Translations under genes and position numbers: made by a program | In this document: in pieces, positions 8,185 to 16,171 of the stretch | How the letters are laid out: every line of letters begins with the position of its first letter | How positions within the stretch are numbered: the stretch's first letter is position 1 | Notes under the pieces: model-generated | What the model was told of the DNA's origin: nothing | What the model saw: only the letters and a program-made list of their open reading frames with translations | The model's database searches: none | NCBI GenBank assembly: GCA_031282085.1 | Contig: JAITEK010000068.1 | Span: 1-40,150 of the forward strand | Source of the DNA: Coriobacteriales bacterium | Lineage (GTDB): Bacteria; Actinomycetota; Coriobacteriia; Coriobacteriales; UBA8131 | Reading direction: 5' to 3' | Length of the DNA: 40,150 nucleotides

Positions 8185-8811
8185 ATGGCTTTAGAGAACG
8201 ATAAGATACGCGCGATACTTGACGAGAGCCCCATCGAGGGCGTCGATTACGCAGACGGCCTGGCCCGCTTTGGGAACCAGCCCGCGATTTACCTGCGTAT
8301 CATAAAATCCTTTATCAAAAACACGCCGGAGGCCCTTGAGACGCTCGCAAGCGTTACGCCGGAGACCTTGAGCGACTACGCGATACGCATACACGGCCTT
8401 AAAGGCAGTTGCTACGGCATCAGCGCGATGAAGCTCGGCGACGAGGCAAAGGCCCTTGAGCTTGCCTCCAAGGCCAACGACTGGGCAACCGTTGAGCAAG
8501 ACAACCCCACGGTCATCGCACACGTCCGCGAGCTGATAGCGCAGCTCGAGGCCATAGTGGACAAGGTTGAGCAAAGCGAGGACGCCGACGGCGACCTGCG
8601 CCCCGTAGCAGACGCGCCCGACCGCGAGCTTCTGCGCGAGCTGCTCGAGGCAACCCGCAGTTTTGATGTTGAGGGCATGCAGCAGGCCATCGACAAGCTG
8701 GACGTCGTGCGCTACCGCGCGCACCCCCGGCTTGTCAGCGACCTCAGGGAGCAACTGACGAACTTCCGCTACGACCTGATAGAAGACAAGGCGCGCGAGC
8801 TTCTCATCTAG
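8185..8811 (+). CDS. Single-domain histidine phosphotransfer (Hpt) protein
   Basis: ATG at 8185 (GGGAGA upstream). The Hpt signature IRIHGLKGSCYGISAMKLGDEAKALE carries the phospho-accepting His. The ORF-track start at 7984 overlaps the upstream gene and is unlikely. Confidence 0.8.
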   Translation: MALENDKIRAILDESPIEGVDYADGLARFGNQPAIYLRIIKSFIKNTPEALETLASVTPETLSDYAIRIHGLKGSCYGISAMKLGDEAKALELASKANDWATVEQDNPTVIAHVRELIAQLEAIVDKVEQSEDADGDLRPVADAPDRELLRELLEATRSFDVEGMQQAIDKLDVVRYRAHPRLVSDLREQLTNFRYDLIEDKARELLI

Positions 8812-8850
8812 CAAGCCACCACCCCCAACCGCATACCGCACAACGGGAGG

Positions 8851-8871
8851 GGGCATAATCGTGCCCTTTTT
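8851..8871 (+). terminator. Possible intrinsic terminator after the Hpt gene
   Basis: gggca-taatcg-tgccc (8851-8866) followed by TTTTT (8867-8871). The stem is only 5 bp. Confidence 0.4.
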
Positions 8872-8890
8872 GTGGGGCTTTAGCACAAAA

Positions 8891-8920
8891 TTGACCCCTT
8901 GTGGGAAAAATCATCATATT
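8891..8920 (+). promoter_or_regulatory. Candidate promoter of the synthase operon
   Basis: TTGACC (8891-8896), an 18-nt spacer, then CATATT (8915-8920). This would give a leader of about 240 nt before the TTG at 9169. Confidence 0.35.
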
Positions 8921-9168
8921 TCACTAGAAAATTCTGCAACAACCCGTTATAGTGGTATGTACGATACGTGGGGGGATTGTGGGGGCGACCGTTGTTGGGT
9001 AGGTCGATCCGGTGTCGTGTGTTAATCCCTTACACATCTAAATTAAGAACGTTCTGGTTCGTAAGCAAACGGGCGACGGGGTGTTTCCTTGTTTGCATGG
9101 CGAACGAATAGGGGGAAAGAACGCTCGTTCCCTCTATGCTTCACTGATGTGATGAAAGAGGAGGAAGC

Positions 9169-12100
9169 TTGAACACCAGAATCGCGATTAGCACGCCTTT
9201 TGAGGCTCCGGATGTGTCCTTGGCAGTAGCTACCGCCCACTCGGGTGCTTTTCCTATCCTGCATTTGGGGAGAAGCCGCGAAGAGGCAACAGACGCTTTG
9301 GCAACAACGGCCCAAAGGCTGCGACAGCCCTTCGGCGTATGCATCGCCGACGAAACCCTGGCAGATCTACCGTTACCCGAGCAGGTATCACGCGTGGTGC
9401 TTCCCTGGGGATTCACAAAGCCCAAGGGGACGAAAGCCGAGGTACTGTGGCAGGTGCACTCGGTGGCAGAAGCCAAAGAGGCCCTGTCCCAAAAGGCAAA
9501 GGCCTTGGTCCTCAAAGGCAGCGAGGGCGCGGGAAGATGCGCGGAGGACTCATCCTTCCTCTTGTTCCAGAGCCTGCTTGAGCCATCTCGCAAGGCTAAA
9601 GCCTCTCTCTATATACAAGGAGGCGTCGGCGTCCATTCGGCAGCCGCCTATCTGACCCTTGGCGCCCAGGGCGTCATCCTGGACTCCCAGGTCGCGCTGT
9701 TCCCCGAGTGCTGTCTTTCCGAGGACCTCAAAACAACCATAGGGCGTTTGAGCGGAAGCGAGATACGGACGAGCGGGGACTACCGTTACCTGCTGCGCCC
9801 CGGTGCGCCCGACCCGGGTGAGGACACGAGCTTTGACGAGCTACTGCCCCGCATAGGCATCGACGCGGAGCACGACTGTGTGCCCCTTGGGCAGGACGCC
9901 ATACTGGCTCCCGATTACGCCAAGGAATACCGGCGCCTGCGCTACCTCATAAAAGCCATTGAGCGCGCCACTGATTCACATCTGCGCCTGGCCCAGACCC
10001 GCGATGCTCTCACGCGCGGCGACGCCATGAGCGAGTATCTCGGTACCGAACTCCCGCTCGCACAGGGGCCCATGGCTCGTATAAGCGATGTTCCCGCCTT
10101 CCTGCGCAACGTAGCCGATGGCGGCGCTTTGCCCTTCCTCGCCATGAGCATGATGCGGGGCGCAGCCGCCGAGAACGCACTTACCAAGACCGCCGAGGCG
10201 CTTGAGGGTAAGGCGTGGGGCGTGGGCATCCTGGGCTTTGCCTATCCCAAGATGCTGGAGGAGCAGACCCGCCTCATCCGTGAGGTAAAACCTCCCGTCG
10301 TGCTCATCGCCGGCGGACGGCCCTCCCTGGCCAAGCCCTTTGAGCAGGACGGCATCAAGGTCTTTCTGCACGTACCGGCAGCCGGGCTGCTTGAGATGTT
10401 CTTAAAGGAAGGCGCCCGCTCCTTTATCTTCGAGGGACGCGAGAGCGGCGGACATGTGGGTCCGTTGTTCTCAACCGTGCTCTGGGAGAAGCAGATGAAC
10501 CTCCTGCTCGCCCATGAGGACACCGCCGCGCTGAACCTGTTCTTCGCTGGCGGCATCCACGACGAGTTCTCGGCCGCCTTCGTGCGCCTGGTGACGATAC
10601 CTCTGTCTGCCCGCGGCGCCAAGGTCGGCATAATCGCCGGTACTGCCTATCTGTTCACCAAAGAGATAGTTAAAAGCGGCGCCATCACGGAGGAATACCG
10701 CCGCCTGCTCATCGAGGGCGACTCCACCGTGCTGCTCAAGTCCGGCAAGGGTCAGGAGACCCGCTCCGTACCCTCCCCCTTCACCGAGTTCTTCGCAGAT
10801 GAGCGTCGTCGCATGCTCAGCGAGGGAACCGACACCGTTGACGTCCTCATGCAGCTGGAAGACCTCAACATCGGCCGTTTGCGCATAGCCTCCAAGGGCA
10901 TTGAGCGCCAGGGCGATGAGCTGATAGAGCTTCCTTTGGACGCACAGCGGGAGAAGGGCCTCTACATGACAGGCGCCGTTACCCCGCTCATCAACAAGGT
11001 GACCACCATCGACGCCCTCCACAGCCGGCTCATCGATAAGAGCCGAGCTTTGCTTGAGGAGCTCAAGCCCGCCGCGGAGCCGCAGAACGTAACCCCGACC
11101 TCTGGGTCTGTGGCCGTTGTCGGCATGGCGGCGATGTTCCCCGACGCGGAGGACCTCGAGGAGTATTGGCGCAACATCCTGTTCGGCAAGAACAGCATCA
11201 CGGAGGTGCCGGCCACGCGTTGGTCCACCGAGCTGTTCTACGACCCGGACCCCAAGGATACCGACCACGTTGTCTCCAAATGGGGAGGCTTCATCGGCAC
11301 GGCCGACTTTGACGCGCTTGAGTTCGGCATCACGCCGCAATCCCTTGCCGCCATCGAGCCCATTCAGCTTCTGAGCCTGCTGATAACCAAACGCGCCTTT
11401 GAGGACGCGGGTTATGGTGACCTCTCCGGGGTTGACCTGGAGAACACCTCGGTTATCTTCGGCGCTCAGGGAGCAGGCGAGCTTACCACCGCCTACGGCT
11501 TCCGTGCAGGGCTGCGTCATATGTTCGGCGAACTGACGCCCGAGCTCAACGAGATGCTGCCGCGTCTCACCGAGGACTCCTTCCCCGGTGTGCTCTCCAA
11601 CGTTATCTCCGGCCGTATCTCCAACCGCCTCAACACTGGCGGACGCAACTTCACCGTCGACGCCGCCTGCGCCTCATCGCTCGCCGCGCTCGACATAGCC
11701 TATGGCGAGCTTACCTCGCATCGCGCCGATATGGTGGTGCTCGGCGGGGCCGACGCACACAACTCCATCGGCGACTTCCTCATGTTCTCGAGCACCTTCG
11801 CGCTCTCCAAGCGCGGCTACTGCGCTACCTTCGACAAAGACGCCGACGGCATCACGCTCGGTGAGGGCGTCGGTGTGCTTCTGCTCAAGCGTCTTGAGGA
11901 CGCCGAGCGCGATGGCGACAAGATATACGCCGTCATCCGGGGCATGGGCGCCTCGAGCGACGGCAAGAACCTCGGCCTTACCGCTCCAAGCAGGCGCGGT
12001 CAGATAAAAGCACTGGAGGAGGCCTTCGCCACCAGCGGCATACAGCCCTCGGACGTGGGACTCGTTGAGGCCCACGGCACGGGCACCTCGGTGGGCGACC

Positions 12101-15100
12101 GCATCGAACTCGGCGCGCTGACCGACGTATTCCTCGACGCGGGCGCGCTGCCCAAGCGCACCCAGCTCGGTTCCGTCAAGACCCAGATAGGCCACACGAA
12201 GTGCGCCGCTGGCGCTGCTGGGCTCATCAAGGCCGTACTCGCCGTCCAGCACGGGATACGGCCGGCAACCCTCAACCTCCAATCGCCCAACGACGCTTAC
12301 GTGGATGGGGGGCCGTTCTTCTTCCGTACGGATAAACCGGGGCTTTGGAGCGAGGAGCGCCGCATTGCCGGCGTGAGCGGCTTCGGCTTCGGCGGTACGA
12401 ACTTCCACGCGCTGGTTGAGAGCTACGGGGATACGCGCCCCGACACCGTGCTCAAGGCATGGCCCTCCGAGCTGCTGGTGTTCCGCGGCAAGAGCGCTGA
12501 GGAAGCACGCACGCTCATGGAGAAGGTGCGCACGCTCCTGCTCATAAACAACCGCCTCAAACTCAGGGACATTGCCTACAGCCTGGCCTGCTACGGCGAG
12601 GACGAGGCCAACGCGACCGCTGAGGCTGGCGAGGGCGAAAAGGCCGAGGAGGCTGCTGAGAGCGCCATCCATTACGCCATCGTGGCCGAAAGCCGCGAGG
12701 AGCTGCTCGCGAGCATCGACGCCACCTTAAACGGCGAGTCTGCCAGCGGCGTCTACCCACTTGAGCCCCTCGAGGGCAAGGTGGCCTTCCTGTTCCCCGG
12801 GCAGGGGAGCCAACGCGTGAACATGGCGGCCGACTTGTTTGTCATCTTCCCCAAACTGCGTCGCCTGCTTGAGGCGCATCCCGAATATGAGGAAATATTG
12901 TTCCCGCCCGCGGCCTTCAGCGCAAAGGAGAAGGCCGCTCAACGTGCCGCTATCACCGACACCCTGAACGCACAGCCGCTGCTGGGCCTCGTCGATCTGG
13001 GGATCGCGGAGCTCCTGCGCGACTTCGGCGTTGCGGCAGATATGGCCTGTGGGCATAGCTACGGCGAGCTGCCCGCTTTAAGCTTTGCCGGCGCGCTCGC
13101 GGCTGAAGACCTACTCGGTTTGAGCCGCGCGCGCGCGCAGGCCGTCCTCAGCGCGGTGGGGGCAGACCCCGGGCGCATGATCGCCGTAAGCACCGACAAG
13201 CAGACCCTCGACGGTCTGTTGGCGGGCGAGAAGGACCTCTGGGCAGTAAACCTCAACGCGCCACGTCAGATCGTGGTGGCAGGCACAACGGAGGCTATCG
13301 CGGCCTTTGCCGACAAACTGAAGGAGGCAGAGGTCAACTTCAGCGAGCTGAACGTGGCAGCCGCCTTCCACTCTCCCCTGCTCGCGGACGCGGAGGGCAT
13401 CTTCGCCCAGACGCTGAAGGACGTAAAGCTGAGCAAGCCGGCGCTCGACGTCTGGTCGAACACGACTGCCGCTCGCTATCCTCAGACCTCAGCGGCCATA
13501 AAGCGCCGCCTGGGAGAGCACCTCGTCAAACCCGTACGCTTTGTCGATGAGATAGAGGCGATGTACGAGGACGGGGCGCGCGTATTCATCGAAGTAGGCC
13601 CCGGCGGCGTGCTGACAGGGCTTGCGAACAAGATACTTGCCGATAAAGAAGCCCTCCTTATACAGACGGAGCGCAAGGACGCGGAGGGTGTAAGCCTGCT
13701 CTTACACGGGTTGGGGCGTTATATCGCCTCGGGCAGGACAATCGATCTGAAGGGTTTATTCGAAGGAAGGGGTGTTACGGTGTTGGATATAGACCAGCCG
13801 GAAAGCTATCGCAAAAAGGGCACGGTGTGGAATGTGGACGGGCAGAAAGCCGTGCCAGAAAACGGCAACCTCCCCGTTCACGCAAACAAACTGGGAGAAG
13901 CGGGGGCCTTTGGGAGCTTCTCACTGAACGCAGCGTACGCGGGCGCAAGCCCCGAGCAGATCATGATGTCGTACCTGGACAACATGAACGCTGTCATCCA
14001 AGACCAGCGCGACGTGATGCTGGGCTATCTGGGACAGACGGAGATCATTCCGCGCGCCGCGGCGGCGCCACGACGCTTTGACACTACCGCGTCTGCCGCT
14101 TTGCCCGCCTCCCCCATCGACATCTCCACCAGTGAGGCGGAAGTGGTCGTTGCGGACGCAGGCAGCGCCCTGCCCTCCATACTGGAGCTTTCCACCGAGG
14201 AGGTGCGTGCCATCATCCTGGACGTGGTGAGCGAGAAGACCGGCTATCCTATCGACATGCTCGATTTCTCCGCCAACCTCGAGGCCGACCTGAGCATCGA
14301 CTCCATCAAGAAGATGGAGATCGTCGGCGGTCTGCGCGAGCGCGCGGCCTTCCCCGATGACGAGGACGACATGGAGGAATCCTTTGAGAAGCTCATCTCC
14401 ATCAAGACCTTGCAGGAGATGCTCGACTGGATACAGAGCCTTGAGGAGGGCAGCTCCGGCGGCTCCTCGCAAGCGCCTGCTTCTGAGGGCCTCGGCGCCA
14501 TCACGGCCACTGCCGACGCCGCCGCCCTATCCGACGACGCGGACGACGCGGACGACGCAGATGACGAGAACGCCATCCATCGCCTGATACCTGTTGAGAA
14601 GCCCGTTGAGCTCAAAGAGTCCGAGCAAAACCTCCTTGAAGGAGCGCACATCGCCTTAACCGATGAGGGGACCGATCTCACCGCACGGATCGCCGAGGAG
14701 CTCAAGGCCCGCGGCGCCGTGGTTGACATCGTTACAGCCGACACCGCCGATCTGACGGATTTTGACGGACTGGTGCTCGTGAATGTTGCCGGCTCGAAGG
14801 TGCACTACCAGACCACGGACCTGTTCGAGCTTATCAAACGAGCCGACCTGGAAAAGCTGAAGACGATCTACACCTTTGACGACGCGGTGGGAACCCTGCT
14901 TGCAAGCGAGGACCTGAGCAGGCTCGACCTGCTGGAAGGCTTTGCGGGCTTTATCAAGAGCCTCAAGCACGAGTATGGCGACAAGCGGCTGTGCGCGATA
15001 AACCTCTACACGCCGGCGGACGCCGAGAGCCTTCCCGCGATCGTGGCGGGCGAGCTTTTGGTGGAGGAGCCCTTCCCCGAGGTGTTCTACCGCGGAGCCG

Positions 15101-16026
15101 AGCGCTTCTTGAGACTGGCGGAGATCGAGGAACTGGACGCTGAGACCGAAGGCGCCGGGCTGGCACTGGACAAGGACTCCCATGTCCTCGTACTCGGTGG
15201 CGCCCAGGGTATCACCCCCGCGCTCGTCGCTCGTTTGGCGGCCACCTATCCCGCTCACTACATCCTCGTCGGCCGCTCGGCCGCCTCGCAGGACAACGAT
15301 GCCTATCGCGACCTGGCTACTGCTGACGAGATCCGCAGCTATCTCATCAATACCGAGGGCATGAAGCAGCCTCGCGAGATAGAGAAGCGCATCAAGGAGA
15401 TCTTCAAGACCAACCAGATACAAAACGCGATCGCCCGCATCGAGGAAGCGGGTGGCAGCGCCAGCTATCGCGCCGTTGACGTGCGCGACGCCGAGGCCTT
15501 CCGCGCGCTCATCGCCGAGCTCAAGGAGGAGTACAGCAGCATAGACGGCGTCATCCACGCCGCTGGCATCCTTGAGGACAAGCTGTTCCAGGACAAGGAG
15601 CTTGAGTCCTTCAAGCGCGTCTACGGCACCAAGGTCGACCCGCTCAAGCCCATATTGGATGAGCTGATCGACGAGCTCAAGCTGCTCGTCATGTTCTCCA
15701 GCAGCTCGTCTACCTTCGGTAACATCGGTCAGAGCGACTACGCCGCCGGCAACAGCGTGATGGACAACATCGCCCTGCTCCTGGATGACAAATATCCCGA
15801 GCTGCGGGTCGTGGCCTTTAACTGGGGCCCCTGGAAGGGCGCTGGCATGGTAAACGCTGGCCTGGAGCAGCAGTTCCGCAACCGGGGAATCGCGTTCCTC
15901 CCGCTTGAGGAGGGCAGCAGCTTCTTCGCGAACGAGCTGATAAACGGCGACAAGCACGGCGTAGTGGTGCTGGGAGGCAGCAAACGGGGACTTGTGAACC
16001 TGTTCGCGACGCTGCCGCGCTACTGA
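9169..16026 (+). CDS. Pfa/Hgl-like type I synthase subunit 1, domain order ER-like, ER, KS, AT, ACP, KR
   Basis: TTG start with GAGGAGGAAG SD (9158-9167); 2285 codons. Domains read from the translation:
- NMO/FabK-like barrel with degenerate motif GSEGAGRC (about 9169-9990).
- PfaD/FabK-type ER with QGPMARISD and FEGRESGGHVGP (about 10040-11050).
- KS with DAACASS (Cys codon 11668-11670), EAHGTGT (His 12073) and GHTKCAAG (His 12193) (about 11110-12425).
- AT with FPGQGSQ, GHSYGE (Ser codon 13057-13059) and AFHSPL (about 12775-13640).
- ACP with LSIDSIKKME (Ser codon 14302-14304).
- KR with LGGAQGITP (about 15196-15219) and SDYAAGN (Tyr codon 15739-15741). Confidence 0.9.
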   Translation: MNTRIAISTPFEAPDVSLAVATAHSGAFPILHLGRSREEATDALATTAQRLRQPFGVCIADETLADLPLPEQVSRVVLPWGFTKPKGTKAEVLWQVHSVAEAKEALSQKAKALVLKGSEGAGRCAEDSSFLLFQSLLEPSRKAKASLYIQGGVGVHSAAAYLTLGAQGVILDSQVALFPECCLSEDLKTTIGRLSGSEIRTSGDYRYLLRPGAPDPGEDTSFDELLPRIGIDAEHDCVPLGQDAILAPDYAKEYRRLRYLIKAIERATDSHLRLAQTRDALTRGDAMSEYLGTELPLAQGPMARISDVPAFLRNVADGGALPFLAMSMMRGAAAENALTKTAEALEGKAWGVGILGFAYPKMLEEQTRLIREVKPPVVLIAGGRPSLAKPFEQDGIKVFLHVPAAGLLEMFLKEGARSFIFEGRESGGHVGPLFSTVLWEKQMNLLLAHEDTAALNLFFAGGIHDEFSAAFVRLVTIPLSARGAKVGIIAGTAYLFTKEIVKSGAITEEYRRLLIEGDSTVLLKSGKGQETRSVPSPFTEFFADERRRMLSEGTDTVDVLMQLEDLNIGRLRIASKGIERQGDELIELPLDAQREKGLYMTGAVTPLINKVTTIDALHSRLIDKSRALLEELKPAAEPQNVTPTSGSVAVVGMAAMFPDAEDLEEYWRNILFGKNSITEVPATRWSTELFYDPDPKDTDHVVSKWGGFIGTADFDALEFGITPQSLAAIEPIQLLSLLITKRAFEDAGYGDLSGVDLENTSVIFGAQGAGELTTAYGFRAGLRHMFGELTPELNEMLPRLTEDSFPGVLSNVISGRISNRLNTGGRNFTVDAACASSLAALDIAYGELTSHRADMVVLGGADAHNSIGDFLMFSSTFALSKRGYCATFDKDADGITLGEGVGVLLLKRLEDAERDGDKIYAVIRGMGASSDGKNLGLTAPSRRGQIKALEEAFATSGIQPSDVGLVEAHGTGTSVGDRIELGALTDVFLDAGALPKRTQLGSVKTQIGHTKCAAGAAGLIKAVLAVQHGIRPATLNLQSPNDAYVDGGPFFFRTDKPGLWSEERRIAGVSGFGFGGTNFHALVESYGDTRPDTVLKAWPSELLVFRGKSAEEARTLMEKVRTLLLINNRLKLRDIAYSLACYGEDEANATAEAGEGEKAEEAAESAIHYAIVAESREELLASIDATLNGESASGVYPLEPLEGKVAFLFPGQGSQRVNMAADLFVIFPKLRRLLEAHPEYEEILFPPAAFSAKEKAAQRAAITDTLNAQPLLGLVDLGIAELLRDFGVAADMACGHSYGELPALSFAGALAAEDLLGLSRARAQAVLSAVGADPGRMIAVSTDKQTLDGLLAGEKDLWAVNLNAPRQIVVAGTTEAIAAFADKLKEAEVNFSELNVAAAFHSPLLADAEGIFAQTLKDVKLSKPALDVWSNTTAARYPQTSAAIKRRLGEHLVKPVRFVDEIEAMYEDGARVFIEVGPGGVLTGLANKILADKEALLIQTERKDAEGVSLLLHGLGRYIASGRTIDLKGLFEGRGVTVLDIDQPESYRKKGTVWNVDGQKAVPENGNLPVHANKLGEAGAFGSFSLNAAYAGASPEQIMMSYLDNMNAVIQDQRDVMLGYLGQTEIIPRAAAAPRRFDTTASAALPASPIDISTSEAEVVVADAGSALPSILELSTEEVRAIILDVVSEKTGYPIDMLDFSANLEADLSIDSIKKMEIVGGLRERAAFPDDEDDMEESFEKLISIKTLQEMLDWIQSLEEGSSGGSSQAPASEGLGAITATADAAALSDDADDADDADDENAIHRLIPVEKPVELKESEQNLLEGAHIALTDEGTDLTARIAEELKARGAVVDIVTADTADLTDFDGLVLVNVAGSKVHYQTTDLFELIKRADLEKLKTIYTFDDAVGTLLASEDLSRLDLLEGFAGFIKSLKHEYGDKRLCAINLYTPADAESLPAIVAGELLVEEPFPEVFYRGAERFLRLAEIEELDAETEGAGLALDKDSHVLVLGGAQGITPALVARLAATYPAHYILVGRSAASQDNDAYRDLATADEIRSYLINTEGMKQPREIEKRIKEIFKTNQIQNAIARIEEAGGSASYRAVDVRDAEAFRALIAELKEEYSSIDGVIHAAGILEDKLFQDKELESFKRVYGTKVDPLKPILDELIDELKLLVMFSSSSSTFGNIGQSDYAAGNSVMDNIALLLDDKYPELRVVAFNWGPWKGAGMVNAGLEQQFRNRGIAFLPLEEGSSFFANELINGDKHGVVVLGGSKRGLVNLFATLPRY
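14533..14568 (+). repeat. 9-bp coding tandem repeat (gacgacgcg-type, four units) encoding DDADDADDADDE in the ACP-KR linker
   Basis: Read directly: gacgacgcg gacgacgcg gacgacgca gatgacgag. Confidence 0.8.
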
Positions 16027-16050
16027 ACTACTGAGCCATAGTGGGGGGAT

Positions 16051-16069
16051 CTCGGCGCCTGGCGCCGAG
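16051..16069 (+). other. GC-rich hairpin between the two synthase genes
   Basis: ctcggcgcc-t-ggcgccgag is a 9-nt perfect inverted repeat lying 25 nt after the subunit-1 stop. There is no U-tract, so it is not a canonical terminator. Confidence 0.6.
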
Positions 16070-16171
16070 GATGACAAGCAAATGAGATAACGACAAGACA
16101 GAGGGTGTCACATATGACGATACATGAGCTGGTAGGTGGCGGATTTAGAGAGGATGTCATAGAAGCACCGT

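Noticed and set aside
5789-8234. Long antisense ORFs, e.g. 5789-7003(-) at 404 aa and 6978-8234(-) at 418 aa. Similar cases are 10471-11520(-), 11674-12672(-), 14656-16077(-), 19025-20023(-), 31376-32674(+), 34159-35472(+) and 35647-36846(+).
   Set aside because: These are typical high-GC shadow ORFs. They are Arg/Ala/Gly/Leu-rich with no recognisable motifs, and each lies fully opposite a CDS with strong family signatures.
8957-9025. A 22-codon Cys/Trp/Gly-rich ORF (MYDTWGDCGGDRCWVGRSGVVC) in the synthase leader, a possible leader peptide or RiPP-like precursor.
   Set aside because: There is no SD, and the composition simply mirrors the G-runs of the DNA. It is too short to support without conservation or ribosome-profiling data.
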